Positions 9,319-17,324 of a stretch of DNA of 35,852 bases are shown piece after piece. A program made the translations under genes and the position numbers. A model generated the notes under the pieces. The model was not told where the DNA came from. It worked only from the letters and a program-made list of their open reading frames with translations, and searched no databases. The stretch lies in contig CAZRPR010000006.1 of NCBI GenBank assembly GCA_964602125.1, positions 2,108-37,959 on the forward strand, written 5' to 3'. Origin of the DNA: an uncultured Candidatus Saccharibacteria bacterium. Lineage in GTDB: Bacteria; Patescibacteriota; Minisyncoccia; CAIUEV01. Position 1 is the first letter of the stretch, and each line of letters starts with the position of its first letter.

Positions 9319-10455
9319 TTAAGGTTGGATGTTTACCAGCTTAAGTTTCTCTATTTCCTTAAAATAAGGGCTTTTTTTTAATTGGTTTTGAAATTCTTTT
9401 TTGAAATTAATTTTTTCCTTTTCACTATTTGACCAAGCTTGATCCAAAAATTCCCAAGCTAATTTTTCGTTGCTTGTATAAATTAAGTCCAGCATATAAC
9501 CCCAAAGAATAGGGGAGACTCCCACTATTTCGCTATTTATCGCTCCGTCTTCATCTGATTCTATTAATGCAATCTTTTTACTAAAATCTTCTTGAGTTGG
9601 CGCAGGCTTTTTCATCAAATCAAGATTTAGTTTGAAAGAAGATGATTCTTTGTCGTAGCTTAAGATTACTTCGGGGGCAGGGGATGTGGCGTAAGCAGTT
9701 TTCCAATAATTAAAAGTTGAATCAGATCCTATTAATTCATAAATGCCGTCATCGTTCACATCTTTCGATAAAAGACCGTGGTCTCTTTCATCTAAATTTA
9801 GCGCCTTCACACCTTTTTCTTCTTTAATAAAAGCCCTGTATTTCCAACAACAATGGGCTCCACCAGTAAAGGTTTCTTCGAGTATATCGGGAATTTTATC
9901 GCCGGAGAAATCACCGACAGAAAAAGCATAGGGCTCTGACCAATCTTTAATGGGATAATTTCTTACTATTTTTTGCAATTCCACTTCCGGAACACATCTT
10001 TTGAAAACCGTATTTTGATAAGCGCAGGTAATACCAGTCCATTTGCCAGTCACTTCGACATTTCCTTCCAGGACTACGTGTTCTGGAAAGGCATCGGAGT
10101 TAATCCCGGCGTAAAAATAAGGAAAGTCTTTGTCTTCAGGGATTTTTTTAATCCCATAGCTTTGTCCGCTCATGAATACAGCCATAATCTCTCCTTCCCA
10201 AACGACATCAATCGGTTTATCAAAAGTCGTTTCTTCTTTGTCTTTTCCAACAAGCTCAGCTTTTCTGGCTTCTTCGGTGTTTTCTGTTGTTAAATTTTGA
10301 GAGATTAATTTTTCTTTTGATGCTTCCATAGCAGTTTTTCCGCTATTTTTGTTGCTGGAATAAATAACAAAAATTACGCTGAAAATGAGTGCAATGGTCA
10401 AAATTAAATTAAGCACAGTAAAATTTTTTCCATCAGGACGTTTTGAGTTTTTCAT
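9319..10455 (-). CDS. Membrane-anchored exported hypothetical protein
   Basis: N-terminal TM helix; FG-GAP/DxDxDG-like loops (GDFSGDKIPDIL, KDVNDDGIYELI); TGGAHCC motif. Confidence 0.75.
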   Translation of the reverse strand: MKNSKRPDGKNFTVLNLILTIALIFSVIFVIYSSNKNSGKTAMEASKEKLISQNLTTENTEEARKAELVGKDKEETTFDKPIDVVWEGEIMAVFMSGQSYGIKKIPEDKDFPYFYAGINSDAFPEHVVLEGNVEVTGKWTGITCAYQNTVFKRCVPEVELQKIVRNYPIKDWSEPYAFSVGDFSGDKIPDILEETFTGGAHCCWKYRAFIKEEKGVKALNLDERDHGLLSKDVNDDGIYELIGSDSTFNYWKTAYATSPAPEVILSYDKESSSFKLNLDLMKKPAPTQEDFSKKIALIESDEDGAINSEIVGVSPILWGYMLDLIYTSNEKLAWEFLDQAWSNSEKEKINFKKEFQNQLKKSPYFKEIEKLKLVNIQP

Positions 10456-10482
10456 GGAAGATTAATTAATATTTCTGATTAT

Positions 10483-11031
10483 TTATCCGTAAGTGATAGA
10501 CTTATGAAGATTATCCTCGAAAATTCTTTTTGACTCATCATAACTCACATGAAAGTTCATTATATCAAAGAAAAGCGTTCCGTCGGGCAGGTAATACAGG
10601 TAATGTCTCGTTATACCAGACATATTATTTCTAAGAGGGCCCTTGTCTAGACGTTTAATTTCAGAGACTAATTTGCCTTCTACTTTAGAGTAAACAAGCA
10701 TATTGCCTTTATCTAGGGCAAGTACTAGATTGACATTGAATTTCGAGGGCATATTTTTAAAATCAAACTCAAACATCTTGTAGCCTTCGTATGGTTCCGA
10801 TACTGGGAAAATTGTTTCCTTTTCGGGATCAAGTAGCTTTGCGTCTTCTAAATAGAAAGCAATAAAAACTTCGCTGTTGTTAAAATAAGCGTTGTGTGGT
10901 TTGTTTTTCGACTTCAACTTAATTGTCTCTAATTTAGATGAATCCGGCTTTATTTTTTCTATTCTTCTTTTCAGACCTTCATTGAACAGACTTTGCGCTA
11001 TTTCTTGCTTTACTAATCTCTTGTTGGACAT
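10483..11031 (-). CDS. Hypothetical protein, paralog of 11108-11578
   Basis: Shares TIKLKSKxKP..AY.NNSEVFIAF.LED, VYSKVEGKL.SEIK and YYLPDGTLFF with its neighbour. Confidence 0.75.
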   Translation of the reverse strand: MSNKRLVKQEIAQSLFNEGLKRRIEKIKPDSSKLETIKLKSKNKPHNAYFNNSEVFIAFYLEDAKLLDPEKETIFPVSEPYEGYKMFEFDFKNMPSKFNVNLVLALDKGNMLVYSKVEGKLVSEIKRLDKGPLRNNMSGITRHYLYYLPDGTLFFDIMNFHVSYDESKRIFEDNLHKSITYG

Positions 11032-11107
11032 ATTTATCTTTATTTAAGAGTAAATTTTTACTATTCAGACTTTCTCTCTCTTCCACAGTTAAGTATTGCT
11101 CAAAACA

Positions 11108-11578
11108 TTAGGGCAGAAAAGTTTTAAGCCAACGCTTAATCATCTGCCACCTTGTATAGCTGACCATGGGGCAATATTCTGTGTATTTCAATATTTCAAA
11201 AAAGAGAGTTCCGTCTGGTAAATAATATTTGTGAAGCTGTGATTTTCCAACTACACTTTCTGAAGTGCCAGAGCTTGAATATTTAATCTCAGAGATAAGC
11301 TTTCCCTCAACTTTGGAATATACAGTTAGATTGCCTCTCTTGAGAGCATTTGCAAAAGAATATTGATAAGACCGAGGCATTTTGTCAAGGTTGAAATCAA
11401 ACATTCGACAGCCTTTAAGAGGCTTCGGAATATCAAAAAGGGCTTTTTTGCTAGGATCGAGTGGTTTTGTATCTTCAAGGTGAAAGGCGATGAAGACCTC
11501 ACTATTATTGTAATAAGCGTCTTGAGGCTTATCTTTTGATTTTAGTTTAATCGTTTTTAGTTCGGGCTGGGAACTCAT
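11108..11578 (-). CDS. Hypothetical protein, paralog of 10483-11031
   Basis: Same shared blocks as above. Confidence 0.75.
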   Translation of the reverse strand: MSSQPELKTIKLKSKDKPQDAYYNNSEVFIAFHLEDTKPLDPSKKALFDIPKPLKGCRMFDFNLDKMPRSYQYSFANALKRGNLTVYSKVEGKLISEIKYSSSGTSESVVGKSQLHKYYLPDGTLFFEILKYTEYCPMVSYTRWQMIKRWLKTFLP

Positions 11579-11785
11579 ATTGTTTTAGATATTTATACTC
11601 TAACTTATTTATACATCTTTTTTTTGTTTGGATATCAAATTTATTCTCTTTGGAGAATGAAACTTGGAAAGAGAAGGACTCGCATAATTCTTTATTTTCT
11701 TTAAGAAATGAAAAACTAAATTGATTTTTAGCTTTATTTGAGATAGAATTTAAGAAATCAAGACTGAAATAATTTTAAAAATGTA

Positions 11786-12883
11786 ATGAAAAACGTAATT
11801 GAAATTTTAGAGAGATATTACAAACCGTTTATTGACGAAAAGAACGAATGGAATTTTTTTCTCGGTCTTGCGGACTATGTTAAGTTTATTGCGGAAAATA
11901 AAGAATTTACACCTATACTTTTGAATATAAAGAAACAAAAAGAGAAAGATTATAAAAAGCTTGTTGATTTGGAAAAAAGGGTGGCAAAAGAGCTTGATAT
12001 CTCAAAGAAGCGACTGCTTGAAATCATAAAGAAGAACAAAATATCTTATGAATCGCTTAATAATGAGTTGAGAAAGTTAAAAACTTTTGAAGAGGGTGGA
12101 ACAGAAGGTGAAAAATACAAAGTTATGATACTAGACGATATTCTATTTAGTATTGCAAGAGATATGGTAAATAATGGGCATTCGAAAATTTTACAAGAAT
12201 TTGTTGATAACAACAGAGAGCCACAGAATATTTTTGGAAACTTTGTTTTTTCTAAAACAATTCATTTATTTGTGAGGGAACAAGAAAGAGTTGATTTTAA
12301 GAAAAAAACAGAAGCTTGGGGAATATGGGATAAATTATACGAACTTTATCTGGTAACTTATAAAGGTGACGAGATAGAAAAAGACTTTGAAAAAAATAAA
12401 AGCAGTTCGCTTTTGATCACAAGCTTTTGGTTATTGAAAGGTGAATTACTGAACATGCAGAAAGGACAAGATACAAAATATAAAATTTTCGATATAGATG
12501 AATATCGACAATCTTCAAACAGGATACACAATTTCTTTCTTAAAGAGATATATGGCACTTCTAATGATGAAGAGGAGACAAATGTTTTATCTTTTCAAGG
12601 TGGTATTCTTAATTTTCAAGGTAAAAAAATTAGCATAAGCCAAAGAGGAAAGACAGCAAGACCTTATGACCTCTTAGAGCTTATTTTTACCGATAAAGAC
12701 AAAGTATGGAACTACGATGAAATATGGGATACGCTTTTGGGAAATGAATACGATCCAAAAAAATGGAGAACAATTTATTATGCAGGAAGAAAGATAAATG
12801 AAGCTGTGGCTAAGAAAACCACAGTAGATGATTTTTTAGAAATTACTAAAAAAATAATACAAATAAAAAACCAATATCTCTGA
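11786..12883 (+). CDS. Hypothetical protein with C-terminal OmpR/PhoB-like winged HTH (putative element regulator)
   Basis: C-terminus LLELIF...VWNYDEIWD...TIYYAGRKIN resembles a Trans_reg_C fold; N-terminal domain not recognised. Confidence 0.6.
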   Translation: MKNVIEILERYYKPFIDEKNEWNFFLGLADYVKFIAENKEFTPILLNIKKQKEKDYKKLVDLEKRVAKELDISKKRLLEIIKKNKISYESLNNELRKLKTFEEGGTEGEKYKVMILDDILFSIARDMVNNGHSKILQEFVDNNREPQNIFGNFVFSKTIHLFVREQERVDFKKKTEAWGIWDKLYELYLVTYKGDEIEKDFEKNKSSSLLITSFWLLKGELLNMQKGQDTKYKIFDIDEYRQSSNRIHNFFLKEIYGTSNDEEETNVLSFQGGILNFQGKKISISQRGKTARPYDLLELIFTDKDKVWNYDEIWDTLLGNEYDPKKWRTIYYAGRKINEAVAKKTTVDDFLEITKKIIQIKNQYL

Positions 12884-12884
12884 A

Positions 12885-12961
12885 GTTTACAAACTGTTTA
12901 GAAACTTTTGTAAACCACTTTTTTGCTAACCTGAAGATGTAATATCCTCAGGTTATTTTTT
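12885..12961 (+). promoter_or_regulatory. Triple near-palindromic 10-bp sites plus a hairpin (operator, origin or terminator)
   Basis: GTTTACAAAC (12885), GTTTAGAAAC (12896), TTTTGTAAAC (12906); hairpin TAACCTGAAGAT-GTAAT-ATCCTCAGGTTA (12927-12955) followed by Ts. Confidence 0.6.
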
Positions 12962-13141
12962 ATGTCTGAAAAAGATAAACAATTTTACGAAAATCTAGCA
13001 GGCGAGCCACTTTCAGAGCAAGAGGCTTTTGAGGCGAAGAGTAACTTTGTGGGATTTTTCGATTTGCTTTTTGAAATAGACCAAAGAATTAATGAAAAAA
13101 ATTATGACCAAGATAACAGAAATTCAAATTATACCGATTAA
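12962..13141 (+). CDS. 59-aa small protein missing from the ORF track
   Basis: MSEKDKQFYENLAGEPLSEQEAFEAKSNFVGFFDLLFEIDQRINEKNYDQDNRNSNYTD*; fills the gap and overlaps the SpoVG-like gene. Confidence 0.7.
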   Translation: MSEKDKQFYENLAGEPLSEQEAFEAKSNFVGFFDLLFEIDQRINEKNYDQDNRNSNYTD

Positions 13142-13421
13142 GCCAATAAACGGCCTCGTGGGATTCGCCAGCGTGGTTCTGGACGAGAAAATCTATCTCA
13201 GCTCAATTGGGATACACAAAAGACTAAACGAAGAAGGCTACAGGCTTACTTATCCGACAAGAAAAGTCGGGAATAAAAGCTTAAACATATTTCATCCGAT
13301 CAGCCGAGAAGTCAGTTTAGCTATCGAGCAGGCAATAATAACTAAAACAACAAGCTTATTTAATAAAAAAGTAATGAACTTCAATGCTAGACACAGTTAT
13401 TTTAACCATTCCAATGGGTAA
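13104..13421 (+). CDS. SpoVG-like nucleic-acid-binding protein
   Basis: KITEIQIIP...LVGFASVVLDE...IGIH...RLTYPTRK...IFHPISRE...IEQAII matches the SpoVG pattern; ATG at 13104 (alternative start 13092). Confidence 0.8.
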   Translation: MTKITEIQIIPIKPINGLVGFASVVLDEKIYLSSIGIHKRLNEEGYRLTYPTRKVGNKSLNIFHPISREVSLAIEQAIITKTTSLFNKKVMNFNARHSYFNHSNG

Positions 13422-14544
13422 ATTTCAAATCCAAAGACCAGAGTATTTCCAACCCCATGCAAACTATATTTTAAATAATAATTATTATTTAAAAGCTTTT
13501 AATAACCCTAGAAGACCGAAATGTTCAGAATATTTCCCCCGACTAACTTTATATCGAAGACCTTCTAGAATCTCCTCTGCTGTCGAACTAAAAATAGAAT
13601 TTTCCGCTCCAAAAATTATTTTTCAAAACAATCTGGACGAATTAGATGAAGATTATTTCTCAAGGATTATCGAACTGTTGCACTTAAGAATAATGGCTAT
13701 GGGAACAGATATTTCTCACGAAAATTTAGCTAACGCTTCCGTCTCTTCTTTTCATCCCTCAAAGAATATAAAGCTTTCGGGATATTGGACAGCAACCGCA
13801 GTCATAAAAGAATTAAACAAGCTGGCCATTCCAAAAATCTTTGATCTGGATAACAAAGATTACAACAACGGCGGGCATTCCTTACAATATTACACCAATT
13901 CCCATTCTTTGGTTTTCTACGACAAGATAACCGACATGGGGAAGCCCGCAAAAAGGTCAATAGACAAAGAAAAGACAGGCCTTCAAACAGAGCTTTTTAA
14001 GAAATTTGAGGAGGTTAGAAGAGAAAAATCAGGAAACCCAATCGAAATACTGCGAATGGAAGTCAGACTTTCCAAAAAGAGAAAAATGAATAACATTCTT
14101 CAAAAATTAGGCTATTCGACTGACCCCTGCTTTAGGGAAGTTTTCAATAAAGAGCTTTGTCAAAAGATACTAAAGGAATATTGGAAGGAATTGGTGCTGA
14201 AACAGAATTTATTTCTGCTCAGCAGTAATAATAATCCGCAAAAAATTCTAGAAAATACTTTAAAAAATAATCCATCAATGCAATTAAAACAGGCGATCCA
14301 CGAAACGGGATTGATTGCCTTAGCCAAAGACGAAGAGGGGATGAGAGGTCTCAGGCAAGTTATTGAAAGTAAATTCAGCACGAGAACTTGGTATAGAACA
14401 GAAAAAGAAATTAAAGCAATGAGCGAGGACTTAACACCGAGCGATTGCTATGAATTTGTAGGAGATATTTCAAAAAGCATCGAGGAATTTAGAAGCTTTC
14501 ATTACAATAATTTGATTAGATTTAATAATTACTTAAAAACTTGA
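13384..14544 (+). CDS. Phage/plasmid replication initiator, gene II/X (Rep_trans-like) family
   Basis: N-terminal LDT, KIEFSAPKI..xNN, LVFYDK and ILRMEVRL blocks in the order typical of gpII/X-type rolling-circle initiators. Confidence 0.65.
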   Translation: MLDTVILTIPMGKFQIQRPEYFQPHANYILNNNYYLKAFNNPRRPKCSEYFPRLTLYRRPSRISSAVELKIEFSAPKIIFQNNLDELDEDYFSRIIELLHLRIMAMGTDISHENLANASVSSFHPSKNIKLSGYWTATAVIKELNKLAIPKIFDLDNKDYNNGGHSLQYYTNSHSLVFYDKITDMGKPAKRSIDKEKTGLQTELFKKFEEVRREKSGNPIEILRMEVRLSKKRKMNNILQKLGYSTDPCFREVFNKELCQKILKEYWKELVLKQNLFLLSSNNNPQKILENTLKNNPSMQLKQAIHETGLIALAKDEEGMRGLRQVIESKFSTRTWYRTEKEIKAMSEDLTPSDCYEFVGDISKSIEEFRSFHYNNLIRFNNYLKT

Positions 14545-14568
14545 CTGTAAACAATTGTAAAGTATAAT
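14541..14568 (+). promoter_or_regulatory. Sigma70 promoter of the HTH-mod-res-integrase operon
   Basis: TTGACT (14541-14546) -16 bp- TATAAT (14563-14568), with TGTAAA direct repeats 10 bp apart in the spacer region. Confidence 0.75.
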
Positions 14569-14598
14569 TAGATTAAGACACACGGATAATTTAAACTT

Positions 14599-14787
14599 AT
14601 GGAAAAACAAGATAAAGACAAAGAATTTTACACAGCCAAAGAACTGGCGGAAAAATTAAGAGTGAATGTAATGACGATCTACCGTTATATTGATGCTAGT
14701 AAGCTGGAAGCTTATAAGATTGGGAAGGAGTTTAGAATTGAGAAAAAAGAGTTTGAGAAATTTCTTAATAAGGTAAAAACTAGATAA
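14599..14787 (+). CDS. Excisionase-family (HTH_17) DNA-binding protein
   Basis: YTAKELAEKLRVNVMTIYRYI...KLEAYKIGKEFRI. Confidence 0.88.
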   Translation: MEKQDKDKEFYTAKELAEKLRVNVMTIYRYIDASKLEAYKIGKEFRIEKKEFEKFLNKVKTR

Positions 14788-14791
14788 TTAC

Positions 14792-17302
14792 ATGAAAAAA
14801 ATTAACGAAAATAAATTCTACAAAGCACTGGAAAACATCTTTACTGGTGCTAACATTGAAGGTGAGTCTGGCTATGTCAATCTTCTTAAAATTAAGTCGA
14901 GCTATTACAAGCTAATTTTGGAACAATTCAAGAAAGATGTTGGCAAAGAAACAATAATTACCGATTCTTTCAAGGAGGAGTTTTTTGATAAACTCTATTC
15001 TTTTTTTGAAAAATATTTTTCAGAGTCTGGCAGCGTGTATTTTGTCAAAACTGCCAACTGGCAAAGAGTGTACGAGCAAGTTTACACTGACAATAAAGAT
15101 GTTGTACTGTTTTGGAAAACCCATATGCTCTATTATGTTAAGAGCGATATTTTATTTCAAAGCATTGATGTGGAAATAGAAGATGAGGAAAACAAGCAGA
15201 AATACAATTTCTTTTTTGATGTTGGAAGTCTCCAAGCCAAGCAGAATAATGAGAAAAAATCTCTTGTTTTTACTTTTCGTAAAGTCAGAGAAGAAAAAAC
15301 CAGCGAAGAAGTTTTAAACGAGAAACAAGGTAAAAAAACTTATATTTTTGACGTGGCTTATAGTGAAAGAGGGAACAAAACAAAAGTTGAAGATATTGCC
15401 AAAACGACCAAAATTCCTGAACCAATAGTTGAGAAAGCTCTAGCTACTTTCCGTAAACAGTCCGAAGTTGATTTCTTTATCAACAAAAATGCTGAGAAGT
15501 TTTTGAGCGAACAGTTGGATATGTATTTACACCAAATTTTGCTAACGGAAGAAAACAAATTTGAGCAAAAAAGACTTGATCAAATCAAAATAATAAAAAC
15601 CTTTGCCAATAAAATTACAAAATTCATCGCTCAATTTGAAGATGAACTGGTGAGAATATGGAACAAACCAAAATTTGCCTTAAATAGCAATTATGTTATT
15701 ACTATAGACAAGCTTTCCGAAGAGCTAATCAAAAAAATCGCCAAACACAAGAATTTACCCGAGCAAATCAATGAATGGCAGGAGTTGGGAATGGTTGATA
15801 AAGGCTTTGATTTTACAAAAAGAGAAGATAAACACAAACACTTACCAATCGACACTAAATACTTTAAAGACTTAGAAATAGAGATTCTTAATCTATCCGA
15901 AAATCTAGACGAAGCACTTGATGGAAGATTAATCCACTCTGAAAACTACCAAGCACTTAACACTTTACAAGAAAAATACAAAGAAAAAGTACAGTGCATC
16001 TATATCGACCCGCCATTTAATACAGGAAATGACTTTGCTTATGTCGATAAATTTCAAGATAGCACTTGGCTTAGCTTAATGAATGACAGAATAAAGACTG
16101 CTAGAAAATTCTTGAAAGATGATGGAAGTTTTTATTTACATTTAGATGATAACGCAAATGATTACGGAAAAAATATTATCAAAAAACTATTTACCGAGAT
16201 AGTAGAAATCATATTTGATACAAACTCCACAAAGGACGAAGAGGCAGATTTGTTTGGTTATAAAAGTTTTGGTAAAAATTTTATTCTAAAACATCAAACC
16301 ATATTCTTCTGTAGAAATGAAAATTATAAATTCAACAAATTGTGGAAACCAAACAGAAACACAACAGGGCTAGGAATAGGATGGCTCGATCTTATCGCAG
16401 AAAAAAAAATAGATGTAGAAAGACCACAGAAAATTGAAGACTTTAATTATTTTATTGAATGCTGGGAAAATAATAATTTAGTTAGAAAGCAAATCAACGT
16501 TAATGAAAAATTATTTCCCGTTGGTGATATATGGAATGACATATTTTCTTTTACTCAATCCGAAATGAGAGTGAGTGAAAGCTTTGCTTTCAGCTCTTCT
16601 CAAAAACCAGAAAATTTAATTAGAAGAGTTTTCCAATCCACAACTGACCAGAAAGATTACATCTTAGATTTTTTTGGGGGGCTCGGAACTTCTTTTGCTG
16701 TAGCTCACAAGCTTAATAGAAAATATTTAGGTATTGAACTAGGACAACATTTTAACGAATTTTATACTCAAGACAAAGAAAGAAAAATGGGTATTCTCGG
16801 AAGAATGAAGTGGGTATTGTACGGAGATCAAAAGATTACTGTCATTGATAAAGCGAGAAGACCTCATTTATCAAAAGACATAGATTGGCAGGGCGGTGGT
16901 TTCTTTAAATATTACTCCCTCGAGCAATACGAAGATACTCTTCGCAATATGAAATATAAAGATAGCTCTCCAAACAGTATTTTTGATAATCGCAAACCTT
17001 TCGAACAATATGCTTTTTACGCTGATCAAAAATTTGCCAATGTTTTGGAAGTGAAGAAAGACGAATTGGAAATAAATTTTGATAAGCTCTATCCAAACAT
17101 TGATTTCGCCGAAACCATTTCAAACTTGCTTGGATTACCAATAAAAAAAATCACAAAAACAAGTGTTATTTTGCAAGAAGGGGAAGAGGAAAGTAAGAAT
17201 TATAGTGAAAGAGAAATCAAGATCGATTATAAGAATATGACCAACGAAGAAAAACTGGCCTTTGTGAGACTGCTTAAACCCTTGCTTTGGTGGGGTAAAT
17301 AA
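14792..17302 (+). CDS. mod: Type III R-M system adenine methyltransferase (Mod)
   Basis: IYIDPPFNTG (motif IV) precedes LDFFGGLGT (motif I); QKPENLIRR; WQGGGFFKYY; directly upstream of res. Confidence 0.9.
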   Translation: MKKINENKFYKALENIFTGANIEGESGYVNLLKIKSSYYKLILEQFKKDVGKETIITDSFKEEFFDKLYSFFEKYFSESGSVYFVKTANWQRVYEQVYTDNKDVVLFWKTHMLYYVKSDILFQSIDVEIEDEENKQKYNFFFDVGSLQAKQNNEKKSLVFTFRKVREEKTSEEVLNEKQGKKTYIFDVAYSERGNKTKVEDIAKTTKIPEPIVEKALATFRKQSEVDFFINKNAEKFLSEQLDMYLHQILLTEENKFEQKRLDQIKIIKTFANKITKFIAQFEDELVRIWNKPKFALNSNYVITIDKLSEELIKKIAKHKNLPEQINEWQELGMVDKGFDFTKREDKHKHLPIDTKYFKDLEIEILNLSENLDEALDGRLIHSENYQALNTLQEKYKEKVQCIYIDPPFNTGNDFAYVDKFQDSTWLSLMNDRIKTARKFLKDDGSFYLHLDDNANDYGKNIIKKLFTEIVEIIFDTNSTKDEEADLFGYKSFGKNFILKHQTIFFCRNENYKFNKLWKPNRNTTGLGIGWLDLIAEKKIDVERPQKIEDFNYFIECWENNNLVRKQINVNEKLFPVGDIWNDIFSFTQSEMRVSESFAFSSSQKPENLIRRVFQSTTDQKDYILDFFGGLGTSFAVAHKLNRKYLGIELGQHFNEFYTQDKERKMGILGRMKWVLYGDQKITVIDKARRPHLSKDIDWQGGGFFKYYSLEQYEDTLRNMKYKDSSPNSIFDNRKPFEQYAFYADQKFANVLEVKKDELEINFDKLYPNIDFAETISNLLGLPIKKITKTSVILQEGEEESKNYSEREIKIDYKNMTNEEKLAFVRLLKPLLWWGK

Positions 17303-17324
17303 TTTTAGCTTGACGAGAATAACT

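Noticed and set aside
10483-11578. Paralog pair or other repeats as DGR template/variable repeats
   Set aside because: No reverse transcriptase in the window; the paralogs differ by indels and substitutions at all bases, not adenine-specific changes.
13384-14544. Inovirus prophage interpretation of island 1
   Set aside because: No Zot/pI-like ATPase and no cluster of small single-TM coat genes between the att sites.
16669-16681. T7G6 tract in mod (and A9 near 16401) as a phase-variation switch
   Set aside because: Too short, encodes the conserved DFFGG motif, and the ORF is intact; A/T runs are common in this genome.
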